Shown here: positions 35,093 to 48,913 of the stretch, one piece after another
Layout: each line of letters opens with the position of its first letter
Numbering within the stretch: position 1 is the stretch's first letter
DNA from: Penicillus capitatus
Taxonomy: Eukaryota > Plantae > Chlorophyta
DNA length: 64,000 bases
NCBI GenBank assembly: GCA_965649825.1
Contig: OZ287702.1
Span: 858,786 to 922,785 of the forward strand
Reading direction: 5' to 3'
The notes under the pieces: model-generated
Database searches by the model: none
Told to the model about the DNA's origin: nothing
The model's input: only the letters and a program-made list of their open reading frames with translations
Made by a program: the position numbers and the translations under genes

Positions 35093-35106
35093 ATGGAGCG
35101 TCGTAC

Positions 35107-35475
35107 TCAACCGCCAATCTTAGGCACTCGCACATAACCTCTCTCGCTTTGAGGCACCTGTCCCATCATTTCTTCCACGTGAGGGTAAGATTCCACCCTA
35201 TCCTCTCTCAAGGTCAATTCGCTTTGAGTGGCTCTGAGCTGAGGGGGAACGTCTGACAGATCCACTGCTTGCAATTGGTCGAACCATGCAATGATCTCGT
35301 GCACTTTGGGCTTCCATGCCTGAGCTTCCTCTTCGGACATACCAATGCGCGCCATCTCGGCGAGTTTCCTCAGATCCGGCGGCGGAAGTTTTCCAGCATC
35401 GGGTCGAGTGGAGGCCAAACGCGCTGTTCCACGTAGGCGATGTCCGACGCCATGTCTAAGAGATAAGCGCAGCAT
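35107..35475 (-). CDS. gatC: Glu-tRNA(Gln) amidotransferase subunit C, organellar
   Basis: Arg-rich leader, then PDLRKLAEMARI..IIAWFDQLQAVDLSDVPP..LREDRVE..YVRVPKI. Confidence 0.9.
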   Translation of the reverse strand: MLRLSLRHGVGHRLRGTARLASTRPDAGKLPPPDLRKLAEMARIGMSEEEAQAWKPKVHEIIAWFDQLQAVDLSDVPPQLRATQSELTLREDRVESYPHVEEMMGQVPQSERGYVRVPKIGG

Positions 35476-35961
35476 AATGCGTTGAATTTACGAGTTAAAT
35501 GCGAGACATCTGCTTAAACAAGAAAACCTTTGTTCCCTCTACTGCCTGTCGTTGCTGCTTTCTTCAGATTCAATCCCTTAACGTTTGTAGATTGATTCAC
35601 AGAAAAATCGAAATTCGCACTAGTGTTTTTGGTAACTGTCAGAAAAAGGACTGCTGCATCAGGAGACTTCATGATGGTTAAAGACCAGAGATGAGGAGAG
35701 ACAGAGCCTCATTGGCGCATCAAAAACGAGCATGTCAGAGTCTCGGTTTCAACGAGAAGATTTCTCTATGTTTTGCTTTGGATGCTTCAGAGGGACAAAC
35801 AAAAGTATTGTTCTTAACAAACTACATGAGTTGTCCCTATATCGTATCCATTTGGTCTTTGATGAGTGCGTACATCTCTCCAATAAATGCAAGACTCAAC
35901 GCAAAACATAGATGCTCTTGACACACACTGCTGCTGTGGCAACTGTCGATGATGCTTCCGT

Positions 35962-38900
35962 TTATAGAGCGTCCCCACTCTCAGGGAAACTCTGTTGAGA
36001 TGTTGTAATGGGTCGACTGAATCCTGTCTTCCCTCGTCCACGTCGAAAGCCGCTCCGTCCGTGGCGACTCGGAACCATCGGCTGCACCATTGCTTTGCTC
36101 AAATGCTGAGATGCGACACCTGCAGTATCGGAGATCGTTTGTTGATGATCTTCTGCAAAATGGAGCTTGCTTGGAACAACAGGTGCGACGGCTGCGAGGC
36201 GATTCGCAGTGGTGGGATTCATGAGACTTGCAGGTTCCTCCACTGGTAATCCTTCTGTCATCCCCTCACCTGAACAACTTCTATTGTGCGCGTATGCATC
36301 GAGAATGGATCGACGCACCAGGGGCCGTTTTCATGACAACAGGTATCATTCCCTGGGGAAGTGCCATAGATCTTTCAAGAACGGAAGGGGTATCGACAAC
36401 CGTATTCGTAAGCTGTTGTATGGCAAATCCTTGTGGCAATGGACCCACAATTAAAATGCGATTTGAACCCGGGTCATACTGAACAGATCCAGGATTCAGA
36501 GGGACGGCTTTATTCGTCAGTGGATCGAAGATCAGAAACTTTGGCCGCTCTGGCTGAACAACCACGGCATTCTGCTGCTGTTGCTGCTGAGTCTCCATTG
36601 CCGGAAGCGAAATAGGCGGCACTGCTGCTCCTGGCACAGTCATCTGATGCGGAGGCAATGTTGATGGGACAGTATTCGAAGTCGTCGAAGGCATCGGCTG
36701 TGTTCTTTGAACACCTAACATCGCTGCGAGATTGCTAATAGACTCCAGTGTCAATCCGCTAGGCAACGACTGCATCGGTACCTCCACGTGTTCTCTCTTA
36801 GCTGGCACGACTGGCTTCAGTCCTGCTCGAATACGTGGATCGGAAACCGTTGCTTCTGGCATCGGCGGCGGAGGAAGGTCCGACACAGACGCTTCCAATA
36901 TCTTTGGTGGTGCCCAGTCCTTCTTGTGCACGACCACTAAGAGAAACTCATTGATATCGATGTCGTTAGGAATCCGTTCAACATCTTCCATCAATGACTG
37001 GGCCGCACTGAGCAATCTCCTCGTCAGTCCACACTTGGCAATCAAATATCCTTCTACGCCTTCGCCTAGAGCCATCGCTCCTGTCCTTTCCCGACTCAAA
37101 TAGTAGTGCACGTTCTGTCCATGACAGACACCCAGCATCGTTTCTCGGATAAAGAGCGTGTGGGAAATGGTATACCTCTTGCGTTGCTGCAATATCTTCA
37201 TCTGTGGCGTCGATGGGCGGTCTCAAAATTGCAATGGTCACGGAGCGGCTCTTCGACGTTCTGAGCTTCTCTAGAAAATCTTCAACCTTCTTGACTTGCA
37301 TTCGTCCCTGCACGACGATCTACACAAACAGCAGTGCCATACACGCGTTAGTCTCCCTCTCTGTCTTGAGAAGGGATGAGTGATGGGTGTGTACTTGAGC
37401 AGAGAGAAGGACTGTTTTCAAATTGCATTTCCCGGCAATGGAGATGCACTGAGCCTTGAACGGCGTCTGCTCTGCAAATCCAATTTCTCCCTGCCACACA
37501 GATTCTCCAACGACCAAGCTCCCATCGTCTTTCATAAGCAACGGCGTCAAATCGGGTGGACTCTGTCTCATGGGCACAGGACCGAATACGGAGTTATTGC
37601 GTTCTTCAGCCGCTTTGGGCGAATAAAGCAGAGGGGCTGCTGGAACAGGAGGTGGCGTTTCGACGACCTCCATTGCCCATTCTGGAATCTCTTCCAAATC
37701 GACGACCGTCTCTTCTGCCACTGGCGCATCTACAGACGACAACATGGTCGCGTCGAGCCAGTCTAGCGAGGACGATGACGGCGACGGCGACGATAAAGAA
37801 TGGTGTCGTTCGATGCACGTACGAACGAAAGATGTACGTACGAACGCACCAACGAACGAACAAACACACACGACGGTCGTGACGTGCGTACGTACGGCAT
37901 ACGGCACTCACCTACTGCTGTCGTTACCGGTTTGATCGCAAGAAGCGTCGGCACATCTGGCAGCTCTTCTGAATCCACTGCCTCTTTCAGCGACTCGACA
38001 TGTGCCGTTTGCATGTGACGTAGTGCCGGCTCAGACGATTCTTGTTCCTCAATGTCTGGAAGCTACACACGCAAACAACACTTCATCATGATTCGTGGCC
38101 GATAGGACCGCAGGGGAGAAGTTTACAGAGACAGGATGACGGAATTACAGTCTTCGCCACGAAACGCGTGATGCTGTTCGTTCTCACACGAATGCTATCC
38201 AAGTCGTCAGCCAATACCTGAGGAGGCGACAGATCATGCGTCACCGTCGCGGCGGCTGGCAATGCCATGTCCGTGTCGCGCTCTCCGATGCGCTCTTCGC
38301 GTTTGGCCTCCAACTGTTTCAGAGCGGCGGCGGTGGAGAACTGCGCTGCGGCATCTTCGTCAAGGACAGTCGCTTGAAGAAGCTCCTCTTTTTTCTTCTG
38401 GCGCCACGCGACCAGCTCCTGAGAAGCGAGTTCCTTCGGAGACATCGAAACCAGTTGGTCAGGAGAGATCTCGCCATGCACAACGCGGCGACGCAGTTCT
38501 GGATTGCGAGCGTCTTTCAAATTAAAATACAACGTCCTCAACTTGTTCTTGTACTCATGATTCTCGCCACCTGAACGAACGAACATGGTATGAACGCTCA
38601 GCGTCTCAGGTATTACCACAGAGTTTCATGATTTCGATTTCGATGGCTCTCGCTAAGGCATCGATCGGTTCGACAGTCGCTTTCTCTGCTGTCACATCAT
38701 CCAGATTGGCTGAGGACGACGACTGCTGCTTCTCCTCAGCTTCCTCTAACTTGTTAGCATTCTCTGATTTGGCATCCTTCTTCTCTTCATCCCCGCAAAG
38801 AGCGAGAACAGATTTGAGTTGTTCAATGGTCTTCTCTCGCAGCTTTGTCATAATATCCAATCTCAGAACAGGCGGCGGGGCATCTATACACATCTCTCGT

Positions 38901-40108
38901 TTTCCAGCACCGGAATGCACGGGTCGCACATTCTTTAGATCCTGTCGATGATTGGCGCAACAGACTGCTCGATCGTTTGAGCTTCTTCGAAGGATTTCCA
39001 TTCAGTCCACCAAATCCGACGTTGCCTGCATCTGTTTGTGCATCACATAGGGGTGACATGTCTCGCATTAACGTACCAGGATGTGATTGGGAACGTGTCA
39101 CAAGTCCAGCCCCATGTACATTTAATGTCTCATAACCGTAGATCCCACTCTGGCTCTGTAGTCCTGGCACGAGAAGCTGCGAAGCATCTGTGGAGATGCA
39201 CACAACCTTCATCGCCAAGCACAGTCTCGATCCAGAACAGCACTTTGGTGAACGGGATGAGTGTGTGCTCGATGATGGTGAGGCATGTCACTGAGTGGGT
39301 CATTCGACGGACTGCTCCCTTCGCGGCCAGAACTGCCCCCATCCAAATCGCTGGCCTAATCACACATTCCATTGAGGAATAGATAACACGACATGACAAA
39401 ATTCTCCCAGGTTAAAAGAGAACGTTGTGTACAACAGCATCACAATCTGCCACGCAACGCAGGTTTCCGCAACAGACTCACTTCAGATTCAGACGGTTCT
39501 GCAGCGACATGGATGAGATTGTCCGCCATCAGTTCATCTTCTTTCAACGGAATCGCCACCGAACGCATTTCCACTAGAACCAACAGTGCAGGGTATCAGA
39601 AATGAGAAGAGTGACAAAATGGTTGTCTACAAAATGCAATCTGTCTTTCCTCCACAAGCTCATTCAAATCAACCTCCTCCTCCTCTGCTGTATCCGTGTA
39701 AAACAGCTTGGCTGTATGTGTCTCCACAGAGGGCTATAGAAGAGAGGACGTCAATTGACGCCTGGATGTGACGTATCGACCTTTTGGATGACAGCCTCGT
39801 ACCAAAGATTGTCTTCTGGCCATAGAACATAGACCTGAAGCGAACGAACATACTCTCCCTTCCACCCTTCCGAAGAAAGCTTGTCTACCGTTAGATCTTG
39901 AAGCGTTCGCGTCAAGTCTTCTTTGTTCAGGTAGCGCAGGACGCGTTGCTGTTCGATGCGTTCTGGCGAATCTGGTAAGGTATACCCTGTTACGAACGCA
40001 CCAACACTCGCTGTCACTCCTCTGCTCCGTCCTAGCGGATGTGTGACCTTCTTCGATGGCAAACTTCTTCGGCACCGTAACGTGACGCTTGGGTCTTCCG
40101 GATGCCAT
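35962..40108 (-). CDS. Tudor-like + TFIIS central domain + SPOC protein (PHF3/DIDO-like transcription regulator)
   Basis: VLWPEDNLWYEAVI..AKLFYTDTAEEEEVDL (Tudor-like); YKNKLRTLYFNLKDARNPELRRRVVHGEISPDQLVSMSPKELAS (TFIIS_M); VWQGEI..GRMQVKKVEDFLEKL (SPOC). Exons joined in frame by eye. Confidence 0.78.
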
Positions 40109-40152
40109 CGTTCGCGGCAACACACGTTTCGCGACAGCCGACGCACGGGGAT

Positions 40153-41134
40153 TTACAAATTGTTGAAAAGACGCGGCGATATCAGTCCCATCGCCAACAA
40201 TCCGGCGAAAACCAGATACAGCGCGGCAAAGCGTTGGAGATAGAGATTGTAGCGTACCGATGGCTTCGTTGCAAAGACGTCGCCGATGCAGGAGATGGCA
40301 AACGGCAAGGTCAATAACGGGAGCAGGAAAGCGAGTAGATGTCCCTCTTTCGCCCACCAGAGACCCGCGACATACACAAGACCGATAGACCATACCAGTT
40401 CCCATCGTCCCTTCTCATAGCCCACGAGATTCGAGATCGTGTGCTTTCCTGCAAGGCGGTCGCTGTCGATGTCGCGGAGATTGTTGATAACCAGCAAATT
40501 GGTCGACATCCATCCGAGCTGACAGCCGGCTACCAAACGAGGGGCCTCGAGTAACGGTCCACCTGCGTGCCATACATCAGAAGGTTACGTCTGCACTCGA
40601 TCTGCCTTGAATGATGAACGAGGCCAAGACGAAATAGACGACGCCGAAGAAGATAAAGACGGCGATGTCGCCCAGAGCGTAGTAACCATAGGGAAAGGGC
40701 CATCCAGTGTAGAGGTATCCTGCCACGGCGCAAGCGATTTCGAGTTTCAGAACAATGGGACCGCGAAGGCGGATGGCTGGAAAGGTAAAGAGAAATGCGG
40801 CAGGAAAGCAGAGGACGCCAACGACGTAACACCAAAGCGCAGCACGTCGGGAGAAAATCCGTTTGGGACCCAGACGCTTCCATCCATCAACGCCTCGTGT
40901 GAAATCGAGGGCATCGTTGACCAAATTGCAGCCGATTTGCAAGAGAAACGGCGAAGGACCACAGCAGAAGAATGGAAAAAACGCCAAGGGTCGACCCTGA
41001 TTCAGAGCAAGAGCAAGAACAACGACGCTCGGTGCGAGCGACGCCACGAGGGTCTTCCAGCGCACGATGTGCAAGAAAGAACGTACGACCTCGTAGCATC
41101 GTTGGCGCTGGATGCGGTGAACGAACGAAACCAT
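40153..41134 (-). CDS. menA: DHNA prenyltransferase, bacterial MenA-type (UbiA family); one intron
   Basis: RWKTLVASLAP, QIGCNLVNDALDFTRGVDGWKRLGPKR, GYLYTGWPFPYGYYALGDI, INNLRDIDSDRLAGKHT. Confidence 0.85.
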
Positions 41135-41386
41135 CTCAGATTTCCAATCCTCAGCGCATAGGAGGCACAGACCGAAGCGACAGAGAAGGGAATGAAAACA
41201 AGGCGGTGTGGATTCGTTCCTTCGGCACCTCGTTAAGACAAGACGGTCGTCATTCGTGGCGTTTGAGATAGCTCTCCTCTGCCATTCCTTGCCTGGTGCT
41301 TTGAATGTTCTCTCGTTGAAGGAAGAATGTTCGCGTGAAGGCGGCGTCTGTCTTGCATTCGTGTCGCATCGGTGTGTTTGCTACGA

Positions 41387-42709
41387 TCAAAGCGATTGCA
41401 GATAGGTGTCGAAGTCCCGGGACAGTCGATGATGCAGGTGATAGGCGTCCATCATTTCTCGAAAACGTCTTCCGCCGTCCTGCGGGATTCTTATCCGCGC
41501 ATCGTCCATAGGAAACATTCTAATGACCATCGTTTCACGAATGCGTCAGCAACGGCGATCGTTGTTTACCTGAGAGGAGGCAGTTTCAGATCGGCAGCGA
41601 GGGTTACCAGATCTCGACTGAGCAGCGCATTGTCCTTCGATTCTGCGGCAGACAGCGCATCACGTATAGTTTTCACCTCGACCTATCTGTCAAAGGATGC
41701 GTAAGAAAGCGAAGCTGTGGATGATGCCGTGCCTCGGAGATGTGATCAAATATGTTCTCTATTCGGCCGTATTTCGAAACAAGCTGCATTGCGCGTTTGG
41801 GGCCGATGTTGTGCACCCCTGGGATATTGTCTGCGTTGTCTCCCTGAAGTGCGAGCACTTCGATCCAAAGACTTGGATCCAGTCCATACTCTGCCGCAAA
41901 CGTTTCGTCGGTGTAATAGTCGAAGTGGCCGTTCGTCATCGGCCCACGGATCATGACCACGTTCTCTCGCAGAAGCTGAAAGAAATCCTACCGAAAACAT
42001 CTGGCGGCCGACAAATGACTGATGGATGCTCACTTTGTCTCTGGAGAGGATATAGATCCGGGTGGTGTCGCTGGCAAAACGGTTCGAGAGAGTGGCAATA
42101 ACATCGTCTGCCTCGATGCCGTGGACACACATCCATTGTATCTCCAGCAGATTCAGTGCCTTCTGGATGATCGGAACCGACTCGACGATTTCTCTCGGTG
42201 TCTCCTCTCTGTGCCCCTTGTATCCAGCATACATCATTTTGCGAAAATCCGCGCCTCCAGCGTCGAAGGTCACGATACAGTGCGTCGGCGGCGGACGTGT
42301 GCTTAGCAAAGCAAAGAGATATCGCATGAATCCGAACAGGACGGTCACATCGACACCCGACTGTGAGATCTGCCTCTCTTTGTAGGCGTAATGAACGCGG
42401 CTAACAGGGTCCATAGCATCGATCAGAAACACCCTGTCAAGCAGGACATTGTTTCGAGGAAAGAAACGTCGCGTCACACCTGTTGGTGCAGGATTTGATG
42501 AATGTGATATCTTTATCCAATGCTGCTTGAAGTCGATCTGTCAGGGACGTGTAGGTACCAGAAGCGTATCCCCGCGTCGACGCCATGTACCGGCGGCTGG
42601 ATGCAACTGATCGCCGAGATCCTTGTAGGGTCGTGTCTATTCCAGCGACTTTGCGAGAAGACGAAAAGATGACTCCAAGACTGCTACGGCATTTGGCATG
42701 CCAGTTCAT
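41387..42709 (-). CDS. Organellar 5'-3' exonuclease (Pol I N-terminal/T5 flap-nuclease fold)
   Basis: VFLIDA, VTFDAGGADFRKMMYAGYKGHR, GIEADDVIATL, SRDKDF, LQGDNADNIPGVHNIGPKRA (H3TH), LLSRDLVTL; Arg/Ser-rich leader. Confidence 0.88.
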
Positions 42710-43085
42710 GTTCGGATCCTTCAGCTTCGTTAAGCATTCGTACAAATGCCGCGAATACACATATCCGTTACTCCATTGTCAGGCGAAGGCATTATGCAAC
42801 GTTTTGCCTAGGAGGCTGCGTTTCGTGTCCCTGACACCGGACGTTATAGAAACATGGACGGCAACGCTCGGCGGCTAAAACCCTACAACGACACATACGT
42901 TCGACTCTCCACTGCTCGTTCGCTGTTGGAAGCAGCAACACGTATACGAAACACCGCCGCTAAGTTCCCTAGGCGTTGACGATTTCTGTTGGCTATTGAC
43001 TGGTCCGATGTCGCCGGAGTGTCCATCCAGCTTTGCTTTATTTGTCCGATCAGCATCTGATGACATTACAGCAGTAGAGCGATTT

Positions 43086-45093
<2,008 letters not shown>

Positions 45094-45323
45094 CTCACGA
45101 AACAAATGTACATGTCCAAACCTAGCCGTGCCATTAAGGACTCGATTTAAGTCAAGGATTCCACATGACGACCGACGGCGACGAGAATCGGAAGGAAGAT
45201 GCTTTGACCGCCGAGAGAACCTGGAGACAGGTTTATCAGAGATGCCATCGACTGAGTCATATCTATAAAGTCAGCCTCGGAAACGTATAGAAGAAGTCGA
45301 CCGTTAATGGCGGTGTGCTACAG

Positions 45324-47273
45324 ATGCCTGCCGAAGTGAACAGTGCGGCGGACGAGATGGACAGAGTGGTGGGTTTTCTGATGCGTGTATCGTCTGTTCA
45401 TGCGTACATCTCTTCTGCTCCATCGCAGTCGATTCCGCATTCATCGACTCTACAGGGACATGTCAGCGCTGTTCGATGACTTGCTCGTGTGGATGGCGTC
45501 GGACGAGGAATCATCCAAACTGTTCGGATACCGAGTGGACCGATTTCTGCAAGAAAATCAAGATCGTTTAAGACGTGCTGTTAGGGAGTGTTCGCTGCCA
45601 AAGATTGCTAAGCATGATGCGACAGGCAGCAGATCTTCGTAGTCATACATGCCCACCGTTCGCCTCTTTTAGAGTTCGACGGGGAGAACAAAACACCGTT
45701 CGCTATTTTCATGGAACTGCAGAATCGACAATGGCTACTGGATGGTCGCCTTGCAAGGCTCAACAGAGAGAAAAGGTGTATACATTGTGACGCTGGGTAG
45801 GCAAAAGAAGTGGTCGACAGATCGTTGGAGGGGATTGAGCAAAGGATCCTGATCGAAGAGCGGTCGCGTCAGAGATTGAATGCGGCAGCAATGAGAATCC
45901 AGGAAAGGATTGCCGCATTCTCACATGCTCCCGCGCTCGAGACAATTGCAGTGAAGCAACAAGATGCTCTCATCAATGGCACGGACCTGGAGTGCGATGT
46001 ACCTGCACATACTTGCTCCCAGAGTACAGGACGATGATGATTCTGCAGATAGAGAAAGCGAAAGAAGAGCTACAGTATTGGAAAGAAATGTTTCAGCTGT
46101 GTCAAAGAGAGATGGATGTCATCTCGGCGTCCGTTTCACTCAACAAAAGCGATATCGAAGCAGAACTCGACATTATCGCCCATCTCGAGGAACAGGCGCG
46201 CTCATGCCTTATCTTGTGCTTCCTGGATTTTACCCCTTCTTGTTCAGATCCAGTCATCTGAATGGACCAAGTTAATGGCGCTACGATCGGCGCCATACAA
46301 CGATAACTTACACTTGCATGTTGATGATTGCCTATCGCCTTCGTCTGCGGCTGCAGTGCTATGTATGACTCTAGGAAGACCGTCGGTTGCTCGATCAACA
46401 GAATCCAAAAGAGATGTTGCTGAGATTGCTGGATGCAGCAATTGCCGACCTACCTTCGTCAACAGGCACTCCATCGTCGGCCGAAGCTCCGCCAGATGAA
46501 GAAGATAGGAGACTGGACATGAGACAGTCTAGCATCTCCAGGTTTCCCTCCTGTCTGCCTATCCTTAGATGATTGGACGTGCATTCGGTCGTAAGTGCTT
46601 ATCATGCAGCCAAGAGCGAGATGTCGAATATCGAATCCGAATGCGTCACCCTGAAGAAAACGACGGAGGAATTGAAGAAGGGGTTGGGCGATGAAGATGA
46701 AGATCTGCCTTGCGTCGAACAACTCGATTCCATCGCAGATGTGGAGGCAGCCGTCCGATCAGCAAAAGAAAAACTGCACAGAAGAAAGAACGCGTTGGCT
46801 CCGCTTGTTCAAGAACTCAAGGCCAAACGACAGGAGCTGCGTTCCTTGCAAGAAGATCACGAGAAAGAGTCAGAAGCCATCTCACCATCGACCATTCTGA
46901 CGCTCGAAGGCAAAGCAGATGCTCTGCGGAAGAGCACGGCTACTCGTCAGGAGGAGATTTGCAGACTAGAAGACCGAGAGTCTATGTATCGCGATCTCAT
47001 CAAGGGCATCGACGCCGCAAAGTAACGCACGTCTCTTGGCTTCTCTGAAAAGCAAAAGGACGGAGTAGAATGGTACGGAGCATCGAAGAGTTGAAAGCCG
47101 AAGTCGAACGGCATGAGCGAGAGGCCCAGGCATCGAAGGACGTCGATCTGGATCAACAGGAAAAATGGTGGAAACATATTGGAGAGCTTCTCGCCATCTC
47201 CATCGAAGCAGCGACACCTTGTCAGATAGAAGGCACAACGCATGAAGATACCACCGTCTTGACACTGAACTGA
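45324..47273 (+). CDS. Divergent IFT81-like coiled-coil protein
   Basis: RRKNALAPLVQELKAKRQELRSLQEDHEKE resembles the IFT81 segment KKSALAPVIKELRQLRQ; multi-exon. N-terminal similarity is weak. Confidence 0.5.
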
Positions 47274-47363
47274 AAATCGCATCGTGGCTTCTGATAGCTT
47301 CGGTACAGAGGGAAGATGGTTTTGATACCGGCAAAGGGTCCTTCGTTTTACACCTATGATTGT

Positions 47364-48804
47364 TCAAGGGAACATCGGCTGCTGCATGAGTCCACAGGTT
47401 TCCTCTTCGCCCATCAGGATATTCATATTCTGCAAGGCCTGTCCTGAGGCACCCTTGACAAGATTGTCAATAACGGAAAGGATGATGGCTCTTCCGGGCA
47501 CACGGTCATCGAAGACGCCAATCAAATTGAAGTTGGATCCGCGAACGTGCCTTGTCTGTGGAGAAACGCCCTTGGGCAGAGTCTTCACAAATGTCTCGTT
47601 CGCATAGAAGTTCTCGATGGCTGAACGCAACGCATCAGGTGTGACGCCCGCTGCTGTCTGGACATAGATCGTTGAGAGCATTCCACGCGACATGGGTATC
47701 AGGTGCGGTGTAAAACTCGCCTTCACATCGACACCTGCCACGAACCCACACACACAGAATGCATGAGCTGTCACATCAGCCAGCACACGGACCTGCTGCT
47801 AGACTCAGCTCCTGTTCGATCTCTGGAGCATGGCGATGATTTGAAACGCCGTATGCGTGCAGTCCTTCTGTCACTTCACCGAAAAGCTTTGATTCGTTGG
47901 GGGCACGGCCAGCTCCGCTCACACCTTAAGGACAGCCACTCCGGCGATGTCTATGGCTGGCAGATGTGTTTGCCTGATTTCGAATCGATCACGATCGAAG
48001 TGGTTTCAATCAGATTGGCTCGGAGGAGAGGGATGAGAGGTAGGAGACAAGATGATGGATAGCATCCAGGATTGGCAATCAGTCGTGCGTTCTTAATCTG
48101 ATTTCGATTCACCTCCGTTAAACCGTAGACTGCCTCCTGCTGTAATTCCAGCGCTGCGTGGTCGCCTCCATACCTAACATCGCAGCCATGAACAGGCGCA
48201 CTTAGCTGTACAACGGTTCACCATTCTTTGTAGAGCGCTGGATCGCGGAGACGGAAATCTGCAGAGAGGTCGACCACTTTGGTATGAGTAGGAAGCTCGG
48301 CCACGACCTTCTGAGTCGTGCCGTGGGGTAAACAACAGAAAACGGCGTCGATATCATCGAAGGATGTATCTTCGATTTTGATCAGGTCTGGAAGATCCGA
48401 CATCGTGACGAAATGCGGAAAGACGTCCGAAAAAGCCTGCGATGAGAAATCGGATACAGCAGGGAGAAACCAAACAGCGATCCAACTTTTCCTGCGTGAC
48501 GATCTGCTGTCATCGCCGTGATTTTGAGCCTCGGATGCAGTGCCAACAGACGTGTCACTTCGGCACCTGTGTATCCGGATGCCCCGAGAACAGCCACGCG
48601 CGCCGTTTGGGGTTTAGCCGTTTCGTGTTCAACTGTGTCGACTTCCTACATCGACGCTCGGAAGGAAGGAAGGCAGACAGAAGCTGGTCCTGCCGAGGTG
48701 CTCGTGGAGGCACGTGCGCTTTTCACTCGACGCCGACGCGCCTTAGCCATTCGTCGCCGTGGCGTCCATATCGACGGAGAAACGACGAAGGATACGGCGG
48801 ACAT
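47364..48804 (-). CDS. argC: N-acetyl-gamma-glutamyl-phosphate reductase, with organellar leader
   Basis: [51 protein letters not shown]|[38 protein letters not shown]. Confidence 0.95.
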
Positions 48805-48913
48805 GATGAAATCGATAGCGACCGTCGAGGCGTTGCGGTTATGCGACGTGTCCGTGCTCGATCAATGCCATCGTCTATCGATCACTCTTAACTAATGGCT
48901 GGCCGGTCACACA

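Noticed and set aside
40545-40600. Additional GC-AG intron in menA
   Set aside because: A GT donor 15 nt downstream also restores the frame (34-nt intron), so it is ambiguous and was not counted.
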